Assembly: GCA_963809925.1 (NCBI GenBank)
Contig: CAWELH010000007.1
Span: forward strand, 98,347 to 162,346
Source of the DNA: an uncultured Bacteroidales bacterium
Lineage (GTDB): Bacteria > Bacteroidota > Bacteroidia > Bacteroidales > GCA-2748055
Length of the DNA stretch: 64,000 bases
Reading direction: 5' to 3'
Part shown: positions 1 through 6,829 of the stretch, one piece after another
Numbering within the stretch: position 1 is the first letter of the stretch
Layout: every line of letters starts with the position of its first letter
Notes under the pieces: generated by a model
The model's database searches: none
Told to the model about the DNA's origin: nothing
Seen by the model: the letters and a program-made list of their open reading frames with translations, nothing else
Position numbers and translations under genes: made by a program

Positions 1-479
1 GATATCTTTTTCAGGGTGGGGCACTCTACGATTCCATGTCGGTGAGGGAAAACCTTGCCTTCCCCATAAGAAAAAAGCGGAAGCTCCAAAGTAAGGCAGA
101 ACTGAATGACCGCATCGAAGAGGTGCTGGAGAATGTCGGACTGAGTGATGCCATCGATATGATGCCGGCGGAACTGTCGGGTGGAATGAGAAAACGGATT
201 GCACTGGCACGAACACTTATCAAAAGGCCGGAGATCATTTTCTACGATGAACCCACAACCGGTCTTGATCCGGTCACATCAGGCGAAATCAGTGATCTGA
301 TCGTACGTATCGGGGAAAAATACCAGACCTCCTCCATCATCGTAACGCATGATATGAAATGTGCCAAAATCACTTCATCTTACCTGAAGCTGCTTGAAGA
401 TGGCATTTTTTATGCAGAAGGGTCATACGATGAAATGGCCTCCAACAAAGATCCCAGGGTAAGCTCCTTCTTCCACTAA
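1..479 (+). CDS. ABC transporter ATP-binding protein, MlaF-like (N-terminus upstream of window)
   Basis: The frame is open from nt 3 (YLFQGGALYDSMSVRENLAFP), so the M at 36 is internal. ABC signature LSGGMRKRIALARTL, Walker B IIFYDEPTTGLD, H-loop VTHD. The next gene is MCE/MlaD-type. Confidence 0.85.
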   Translation, partial: YLFQGGALYDSMSVRENLAFPIRKKRKLQSKAELNDRIEEVLENVGLSDAIDMMPAELSGGMRKRIALARTLIKRPEIIFYDEPTTGLDPVTSGEISDLIVRIGEKYQTSSIIVTHDMKCAKITSSYLKLLEDGIFYAEGSYDEMASNKDPRVSSFFH

Positions 480-515
480 GGAAGTAAGGCTGGAATTCAC
501 ACTAACAACACCTTT

Positions 516-1475
516 ATGCAGAAAGATACATCACGAAAAGTAAAGCTCGGCATATTTGTCACGATCGTGCTCGCAGCATTTTTCTTTGCCATTTATTTTG
601 TCGGCAAAAACATGAACCTGTTCCATGAAGTTACCAAGATATACACGGTATTTCCCGACATTAAAGGTCTTGGAAGAGGAAGCAATGTAAGGTTCTCGGG
701 TATAACCGTTGGCACTGTTTCTGCGATAAGCATCAGCAATGATACAATTGTTCGCGTTGAAATTTCAATCCAGACCGATTATGTGAAGTTCGTGAAGGAA
801 GATTCAAAGGTCGAGATCACGAACGACGGACTCATGGGAAACAAGATCCTCATCATTCATCATGGTTCTTCCGATTCCCCTTCGGTTAAGGAATACCAGA
901 CGTTGCAGTCATCGAAGACCATCAACGTAGAGGACATTGTGAATGAAGCAACGAAGATCATCATAAACGCACGCGATGCCACAAATGTCTTTCTGGAAGT
1001 AAGCAACCAATTAAAATCTGGGAAAGGCGACCTCGGACGACTGATCTACGACACCTCTCTCACACAAAATCTGAAAAGCACTATGAACCACCTTCTGGTC
1101 ACCTCCCGGAATACCGAGGAGCTCACCAACCATATCCGCGAAGGTGAAGGCGATCTGGGAACACTGATATACAGTGATTCACTTACAAACAGCCTCCGTA
1201 CATCATTCCTGGAACTGGAGCAGGCCACCGAAAATATCCAGAAAATATCCCAAAGTCTCGATACCGCAGCATATCATATCAATGCTGGCAGCGGTATCCT
1301 GCACACCCTGATCTACGATTCGACGTTTATCCGGCACGCCGACTCTACCCTTACGAATATGAATCAGGGCATTGATGAGATAACCAGGGCTTTTGAGGCG
1401 ATCAAGGAGAGCTGGATTATTAACTTGTTCGGGGGGAAGGAGAAGAAGAGGAAGAGTGATGGGGAGAGGGAGTGA
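516..1475 (+). CDS. MCE/MlaD family protein
   Basis: N-terminal TM helix (LGIFVTIVLAAFFFAIYFV), then an MCE-type core (FPDIKGLGRGSNVRFSGITVGTVSAISI). The C-terminal half has three internal repeats (GDLGRLIYDTSL, GDLGTLIYSDSL, GILHTLIYDSTF). The last ~8 codons and the stop lie inside a dispersed repeat module. Confidence 0.75.
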   Translation: MQKDTSRKVKLGIFVTIVLAAFFFAIYFVGKNMNLFHEVTKIYTVFPDIKGLGRGSNVRFSGITVGTVSAISISNDTIVRVEISIQTDYVKFVKEDSKVEITNDGLMGNKILIIHHGSSDSPSVKEYQTLQSSKTINVEDIVNEATKIIINARDATNVFLEVSNQLKSGKGDLGRLIYDTSLTQNLKSTMNHLLVTSRNTEELTNHIREGEGDLGTLIYSDSLTNSLRTSFLELEQATENIQKISQSLDTAAYHINAGSGILHTLIYDSTFIRHADSTLTNMNQGIDEITRAFEAIKESWIINLFGGKEKKRKSDGERE

Positions 1476-1735
1476 TGGGGATCCGCCTACGCTGAAGCTA
1501 CGGTGGACGCGGTCCACAAAACCCTCTTCGGCAAGCTCAGAGAACGCCTTCGGCACGGTTAGGGAATGTCTTTGGCAAGCTCAGGTAGCCCCTTTGACAA
1601 GCCTGGGCCCCCCTTCGGCAAGCTCAGGGACCGTGGTTTCTTGCACTTTTGTGAGAAATAGTCGTTTCGGCTCCGCTCAACGACCGCTGGCAGTTTTCAT
1701 TTTAACATGTTTATTTTGGTAGAGTGGTTGGATTG
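1451..1735 (+). repeat. Intergenic repeat mosaic: AGTGATGGGG x2, one inverted 31-nt hairpin unit, CTTCGGCAAGCTCAG-like motifs x4
   Basis: AGTGATGGGG at 1455-1464 and 1471-1480. 1481-1518 (ATCCGCCTACGCTGAAGCTACGGTGGACGCGGTCCAC) matches the reverse complement of the 31-mer arrayed at 48740-48956. CTTCGGCAAGCTCAG-like motifs lie near 1527, 1573, 1597 and 1618. Confidence 0.8.
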
Positions 1736-1743
1736 TGACCTTA

Positions 1744-1842
1744 CAATATTGTTCTTATATACGTATATGTAGGGGTTCCCACCCCCCACCCACCACCCTT
1801 AATCCGCAAAAAGAACAAATCTCAGCTACCCTCCGCGATGTT
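1744..1842 (-). repeat. G4/C-tract hairpin element, copy A (G-rich strand is minus)
   Basis: TTGTTCTT (1749-1756) and AAGAACAA (1811-1818) flank CCCACCCCCCACCCACCACCC (1778-1798). Colinear with the copies at 21132-21229 and 41321-41418. Confidence 0.85.
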
Positions 1843-2419
1843 ATTAAGCAGAGTGAAGAAATTACTAAGCAGATCAAACCGGGTGTTCCCCGTGCCCCCC
1901 GATTATCTCTTAATGTAAGTTAGGACGGAATATCAGCCAGCGCAAATATGTTTTTTTCGAACATCATCCCAAATCACCTGTATTGAACCACATGAGGCAC
2001 ATAAGGTCACATAAGGAGCCATGGCTACACATATAGACTGGACGGAGTACTTTAAAACAACTTTTCCCCATAACTCCATCACCCACCGTGTTCACCGAAG
2101 CTTTAGTGAAATAATATGTGAACCAATTTCTCCACAATTCGTTTGAAAATTCCCCAATTCCTGGAAATATATTCCACAGTGCATTTCCCTTTCATTATCC
2201 GGAAACCTGAGGCTGCATATTTCAATCCACAGAGAAATAATCCTCGCTTTGATAATTTATCTGTATCGTACTGAATCCGGGAAGTCAGGCAACGATAAGA
2301 ATGTCTCACTACAACAACACCTGCACACTGATATATTACCCGCCCCGGATACTCATGATCCCGTTTTTGGTATGGCTTTTTCACTATAGTATTTGCATTT
2401 AGAATTTAAACATTACGAT

Positions 2420-2590
2420 ATGCCATGGTCAAAAGATAATTATCCCGATTCAATGAAAAATCTGAAACCGGGAATACGGAACAAAGCCATCAGGATCGCA
2501 AATGCGCTTCTTGAGGAGAAGAAGATGGAAGAAGGCAGGGCTATATCCATTGCCATAAGTCAGGCTAAAAAACAGAAAAAAGACGATTAA
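2420..2590 (+). CDS. Small ChaB-like protein (56 aa from the ATG at 2420)
   Basis: MPWSKDNYPDSMKNLKPGIRNKAIRIANALL resembles the ChaB N-terminus (MPY..DLPESVK.LP....I...AFN.A). Assignment by recall only. The track ORF starts at 2393. Confidence 0.5.
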   Translation: MPWSKDNYPDSMKNLKPGIRNKAIRIANALLEEKKMEEGRAISIAISQAKKQKKDD

Positions 2591-2602
2591 TAAGATAACC
2601 TC

Positions 2603-3100
2603 ATGAAAAAAATATGGATCAGAAGCGGAGTCACGACAATCCTGATCATATTCATTGCAACAGCCGGTGTCAGCGCCCAGCGCGACTATGAGACTGCGAT
2701 CGGCGTCAGAGCCGGCGTGTCCAGCGGTCTTACAATAAAGCATTTCTCGTCCGGCAGGTCCGCCTGGGAAGGCATATTTTCGACCCGCTGGGAAGGATTT
2801 ATGGTTACCGCACTATATGAACTTCACCAGAATGCTTTCAATACCACAAACTTCAATTTTTTCTATGGTCCCGGCGGGCATGTGGGAGAATGGCCGGGGA
2901 GAACCGGACACCATGAATGGTTCGACGATAATGTGAAGCATGTTGCCGTGGGAATTGACGGTATCATTGGACTGGAATATACATTTGATGAAATCCCTTT
3001 CAGCATTTCACTCGACTGGAAGCCAAGCTTCAACCTGGCCGAACATGCCATTTTTCTCGCCGACGAGGCGGCGTTTTCCGTCAGATATGCCATAAAATAA
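2603..3100 (+). CDS. Small secreted beta-strand-rich protein, probable outer-membrane beta-barrel
   Basis: Signal peptide MKKIWIRSGVTTILIIFIATAGVSAQ. Alternating aromatic/glycine strand pattern. C-terminus FSVRYAIK. Confidence 0.5.
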   Translation: MKKIWIRSGVTTILIIFIATAGVSAQRDYETAIGVRAGVSSGLTIKHFSSGRSAWEGIFSTRWEGFMVTALYELHQNAFNTTNFNFFYGPGGHVGEWPGRTGHHEWFDDNVKHVAVGIDGIIGLEYTFDEIPFSISLDWKPSFNLAEHAIFLADEAAFSVRYAIK

Positions 3101-3106
3101 TTTGTC

Positions 3107-3547
3107 ATGAAAAAGATCGTTTTTATATTCCCCGCACTGATGTTCATACTGTCTTCAGCAGGACCTGACAAACGTTTCATATTGAAACATGAGGAAGATA
3201 ATGTTAAGGTTTATTACCGCTGGAAGAAAACGATCTTCAGTCCTGAGGATACCCGGACGCTTTTACTTTACCTGTCCAATGAAAACGATTATCGTGTGCA
3301 GGTCAGCTTTACTATTGATATTTTCAGTGATGTATTCCTGTCGGCGAGCAGTGACACGCTTACGTACTGTATTCCGCCTCATTACGAAATTACGGGAAAC
3401 TTCAGGGACCTGGAATTCTCTGTTGAGGGCACTGCCCTCGATTCAACCGGGAATGACAGGATGGTAGAATGGGAAATCAATGATTTTAGCGTAGCTAGGA
3501 ACGACTCCTGTGTGACCAGTGCAAACTGGCGTTCAGCGGATGAATAA
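3107..3547 (+). CDS. Hypothetical secreted protein
   Basis: Signal-like N-terminus MKKIVFIFPALMFILSSAG. Starts 6 nt after the preceding gene. No recognised motif. Confidence 0.45.
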   Translation: MKKIVFIFPALMFILSSAGPDKRFILKHEEDNVKVYYRWKKTIFSPEDTRTLLLYLSNENDYRVQVSFTIDIFSDVFLSASSDTLTYCIPPHYEITGNFRDLEFSVEGTALDSTGNDRMVEWEINDFSVARNDSCVTSANWRSADE

Positions 3548-3959
3548 TTTGAGAAAGATGGAAACTCAGGATTACAGAAACTATTATGTTCAACTTGTTC
3601 ACTTTTCGAATGCGAAAAAGGGGAATAAAAATACGAGCTTTTTGCCGCTAACCGGAAGTGTGCAAATGCTCGTTGTGATGGTCCATATGCTCCGGAAGGA
3701 GATCTCCGTGGACCTTGAGGTCATGACGGGCACGGATACCAGGGATCTCTATACCGCGGGGTAAATTAATCCAGGTAGCCTGTCCGGCGATGGCAGGCAT
3801 GACAGCTTCACCGCTTTATAGCCTTCCATGGATATTCAGATCCAGCATGCCGGGATGATTTTTCCCCGGTACCTAAACGATCGTCGACGGGTGGTTACGT
3901 TGTTGATCCGGCAACCGGGAGAAGCGGGATCACGGCCTGTCCCGGACAGATGCAGGGTT

Positions 3960-5138
3960 TCAGACCAGGAAGTTTTCAGGAATAGTTTTCAGGCGACAAA
4001 CATCTGCAATTTTCTCTTTTACCTCAAAACCCTTTGTACAGGTGATCCGGCACTCTCCGCAGTTTTCGCAGGCGTGATCCGAAATTCCGGATTTCACAAC
4101 CACCCTTTGTGCCTTCCTGTGTTCCCCATATCCATATGCATACATGTACGAGCGCATCAGATCGGGAACAGGAAGCCCCTCCGGGCATTGTCCCAGGCAT
4201 TCTTCACAACCCAGGCAGTACAGGCCGGTTTCCGCAGAGGCCATCTGAATATCATTTATTTCCTTCTCATCCATTCCGATATTGTTCATCACAGGAAGCA
4301 GGGCTTCAAAGTCCTCATAGGTCTTGATGGTCAGGATGGCCGTGTGAACGTTCTCATCGCGGAGGACCCATTTCAGGGCAGCGGTCTTGTTCACGGGCTT
4401 GGTCTGTTCTTTGTCGAGAAAGCCACCGGCAAATACCTTCATCGCTACCACAGAAAGACCCGCGGCGGAGGCTTTTGCTATGGAGGGCTTTATCCGGTTA
4501 TCCTGAAAAAAATTGTAACCCACCAGCACTGAATCATAAAATCTGCTTTCAACGGCAGCATCGATCATCTCCACCTGGTTGCTGTGCGCCGACAGACCCA
4601 CGAATGTTGCCTTGCCCTGCTCTTTGGCTTTGCGCAGTCCTTTCAGCATATTTTCATTCAGCGCCGACTGCCTGGTGGAAGGTTTGTGCAGATAGAGAAT
4701 GTCAACATTATCGACGCCCAGCCGGCCCATGGTGACATCCAGTTGCTGCATGAAGGCCTTCGTGGTGGCTTCCTTCTGATACTGCCCGGTTTTAGGATCC
4801 CAGGGCAGGAGGATCTTCGTGGAGATGATAAAATTCTCCCTGCCGTATTTCCGCAGCATTTTACCGATCATCAGATCATTCTGTCCGTTCTGGTAGTCCC
4901 ACGCCGAATCGAAATGCCGGATACCCGATTCAAAAAGTTTCCTTACGAGCGCTTCATTGGCAGAAGGTACGATACCGCTGCTCACCACAGGAACCATTAA
5001 ACCGGTTTTGCCCATGGTTCTTAAGATTGGCGCTCCACCGGAGGAATTCTGCTGCTTCCCTGCTGCAAACGCGTTGGCCGGCATCATTCCGGCAGCCATA
5101 CCCGAAAGTGAGAGTTTAATAAAATCTCGTTTTTTCAT
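3960..5138 (-). CDS. Aldo/keto reductase with Tat-like signal and C-terminal 2x[4Fe-4S]-type cysteine motifs
   Basis: N-terminus MKKRDFIKLSLSGMAAGMMPANAFA. AKR-like core (FDSAWDYQNGQND, ILYLHKP). C-terminal CLGCEECLGQCP and CENCGECRITC. Confidence 0.8.
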   Translation of the reverse strand: MKKRDFIKLSLSGMAAGMMPANAFAAGKQQNSSGGAPILRTMGKTGLMVPVVSSGIVPSANEALVRKLFESGIRHFDSAWDYQNGQNDLMIGKMLRKYGRENFIISTKILLPWDPKTGQYQKEATTKAFMQQLDVTMGRLGVDNVDILYLHKPSTRQSALNENMLKGLRKAKEQGKATFVGLSAHSNQVEMIDAAVESRFYDSVLVGYNFFQDNRIKPSIAKASAAGLSVVAMKVFAGGFLDKEQTKPVNKTAALKWVLRDENVHTAILTIKTYEDFEALLPVMNNIGMDEKEINDIQMASAETGLYCLGCEECLGQCPEGLPVPDLMRSYMYAYGYGEHRKAQRVVVKSGISDHACENCGECRITCTKGFEVKEKIADVCRLKTIPENFLV

Positions 5139-5322
5139 CTGGGAATTGTTTGGATAAGGGCGAAAATTAAAGAAATAAATGATGTGCTAAACAAAAAGGT
5201 TATAAAAACCTTTCAGAACAGCAGTTCAGGGTGAATTATCCAGGGATCTGAGAGGGCATACATACGGCAGATCAATTCCCTATTTACCGATTTTTTTTCA
5301 TTGGCATTATGAATATTTTTTA

Positions 5323-5330
5323 TAGTTTTG
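5323..5330 (+). promoter_or_regulatory. Bacteroidota-type -7 box TAGTTTTG upstream of tRNA-Gln
   Basis: Matches TAnnTTTG. Ends 11 nt before the tRNA 5' end. Confidence 0.4.
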
Positions 5331-5341
5331 CATCCCGTAAT

Positions 5342-5414
5342 TGTCCCGTGGTGTAATTGGCAACACGTCTGACTCTGGATCAGAAGAGTCCAGGTTCGAG
5401 CCCTGGCGGGACAA
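5342..5414 (+). tRNA. tRNA-Gln (anticodon CTG)
   Basis: Hand-folded cloverleaf. Acceptor TGTCCCG/CGGGACA, D arm GTGT-AATTGGCA-ACAC, anticodon arm TCTGA-CTCTGGA-TCAGA, T arm CCAGG-TTCGAGC-CCTGG, 73 nt. CCA is not encoded. Confidence 0.9.
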
Positions 5415-5428
5415 CATAGATAGATTAA

Positions 5429-5470
5429 AACCCCTTCTAATTGAGGTATTTAGAAGGGGTTTGTTTTTTT
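5429..5470 (+). terminator. Rho-independent terminator after tRNA-Gln
   Basis: 12-bp stem AACCCCTTCTAA / TTAGAAGGGGTT with a 9-nt loop, followed by GTTTTTTT. Confidence 0.7.
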
Positions 5471-5599
5471 AGGGGACAATTCAGGGGACATTATGAATCT
5501 TTCCTATTTCTATATGTTTCTTTATTTCATCCCCAAATTTTTTGGAGTATTTTCATAATAATTCAGCATTTGGTTCAGCTGAACCCACACTTTAAGTTT

Positions 5600-5690
5600 G
5601 TAAACCCCTCTAATTTAATTCATTAAAGGGGTTTTATATTTGTTAGGGGAATGTACAGGGGAATTACTGCTCTCTTTTCTATGTAAAAAA
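5600..5690 (+). repeat. Second, diverged copy of the hairpin + AGGGGA..CAGGGGA module
   Basis: AAACCCCTCTAAT..ATTAAAGGGGTTT hairpin, then TTAGGGGAATGTACAGGGGAATTAC. Parallels 5427-5520 (TTAGGGGACAATTCAGGGGACATTAT). Confidence 0.6.
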
Positions 5691-5988
5691 TTACCATTGG
5701 TGGAAAAAACGGACAAATTGACCACCCAATCGCAATTTAAACTGACCACCTAATCGCGGGGTATTTTGCCCCCACTCCGCGGAACAAAGTATAGTACTAC
5801 CCATTCTTAGGACCACTTTTTTTTATTCTTAATTGAAATTTATCATTCTTTTGATGATGTAATCCGGTGTTAATTACCGGAAATCACTCGTAGTGAAGCG
5901 AAGAGTTATTCTGGTTATTAACACCTTTTCTTTTTTGCCTACTTTTTTCTTTTGTTAATACGCTTTCACCGGTTGATACCTCCCATTT

Positions 5989-6828
5989 TCAATACCGGAA
6001 CGAGAAGCCCACAAAAAATACCTTGGGAGACGTATTCTTCAACCCATAATACACTCCGGTATCCAGCTTAAGGTTTTCTTTCCATTCATAAACCAATCCT
6101 GAATTTAAAAAATACGCATTCGTTTTCAGCTCATTGTCCCGTTCGGCCAGGCCTTCAGCAAAGAAAGAAACCGGCCCGGCCAACGGGTGTGCAAGGGTAG
6201 CCGAAACCAGCGGGTTTACGTGATATGCCCCGCCGGCATGTCCTTCTTCCACATCCATCTCAGCCTGTGCGCCAAAACCCCAGTTGTGCGGCAGCGATAT
6301 ACTGAAAGGGAAAACCACACCCCCGGAAATTTTTGAACCGGAATTTGTGGGAACATTGACAAAAGGCAGAATGGCCATTGCGGTATTGCCGTTATCATTC
6401 CCCAGGATGTTTTGCTTAGCCCTGATGGTTAGGGTACCGAAAGAGGAATGCGATGATGGTTGGGAACTTCCGTCCATCACTCTTATCTCGTCATAGGATG
6501 CCGCAATGAACTGAATGTCGAGCGAATTGGTGATGCCCGCTTTGAGATTAAATACGTTGAACGAATTTTCAATGGTCTTCTTGCCGGCAACGGATGAACG
6601 ATCCGTTTTAAAAAGATCCGTTTCAAACTGAAAATGCCCGGCATCCACGGTATACGGGCTTTCCGTTGCATCGGGACGATCCGTTTCAAAGCTCCGCATC
6701 AGATTACCGGGACACGGGTGAAAAAGGCAGTACCCGGATTTTGCCGAATCCGGCACTGTTTCAGCACGACTTAAAACAGCAAATTGCGGGAGCAGTACCA
6801 GGAGTAGTATATACGTATATCTCATCAT
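5989..6828 (-). CDS. Outer-membrane beta-barrel 'transporter' family protein (MetA-pathway/phenol-degradation-like)
   Basis: Signal peptide. DRPDATESPYTVDAGHFQFETD motif typical of that family. C-terminal FVGFSFRY. The start lies 2 nt after the mntH stop, on the same strand. Confidence 0.65.
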   Translation of the reverse strand: MMRYTYILLLVLLPQFAVLSRAETVPDSAKSGYCLFHPCPGNLMRSFETDRPDATESPYTVDAGHFQFETDLFKTDRSSVAGKKTIENSFNVFNLKAGITNSLDIQFIAASYDEIRVMDGSSQPSSHSSFGTLTIRAKQNILGNDNGNTAMAILPFVNVPTNSGSKISGGVVFPFSISLPHNWGFGAQAEMDVEEGHAGGAYHVNPLVSATLAHPLAGPVSFFAEGLAERDNELKTNAYFLNSGLVYEWKENLKLDTGVYYGLKNTSPKVFFVGFSFRY

Positions 6829-6829
6829 C

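Noticed and set aside
1393-1722. Track ORFs lying inside repeat blocks (1393-1722 plus; 23746-24081 minus; 48566-48814 plus; 48879-49262 minus)
   Set aside because: The translations are low-complexity read-through of repeats (e.g. RRSFSEGG, QQINKSTIQQINKS). The reading frame is not conserved between the colinear copies. No start context. The last ORF also runs antisense into the PAP2 gene.
2103-2384. 93-aa minus-strand ORF divergent from the ChaB-like gene
   Set aside because: Lys/Arg/Cys-rich translation with no motif or signal. Cannot be supported from sequence alone.
3548-3959. Possible small genes downstream of the AKR gene (plus-strand 3519-3764, minus-strand 50-aa ORF 3648-3800 ending HMDHHNEHLHTSG)
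   Set aside because: The two overlap on opposite strands. Neither has a recognisable motif, signal or promoter box. I cannot choose between them or support either.
3828-4532. Long antisense shadow ORFs inside well-supported genes (e.g. 3828-4532, 7001-7579, 25174-25941, 36488-37009, 14883-15380)
   Set aside because: Each is fully contained in, and opposite to, a gene with clear family motifs. Their translations lack motifs and have skewed composition.
5342-5988. Integrated mobile element at tRNA-Gln
   Set aside because: No integrase, excisionase or duplicated tRNA 3' end is present. Only GGGACAA (7 nt) recurs. The segment is too short (about 570 nt) to be an island. It is kept only as a possible scar in the findings.
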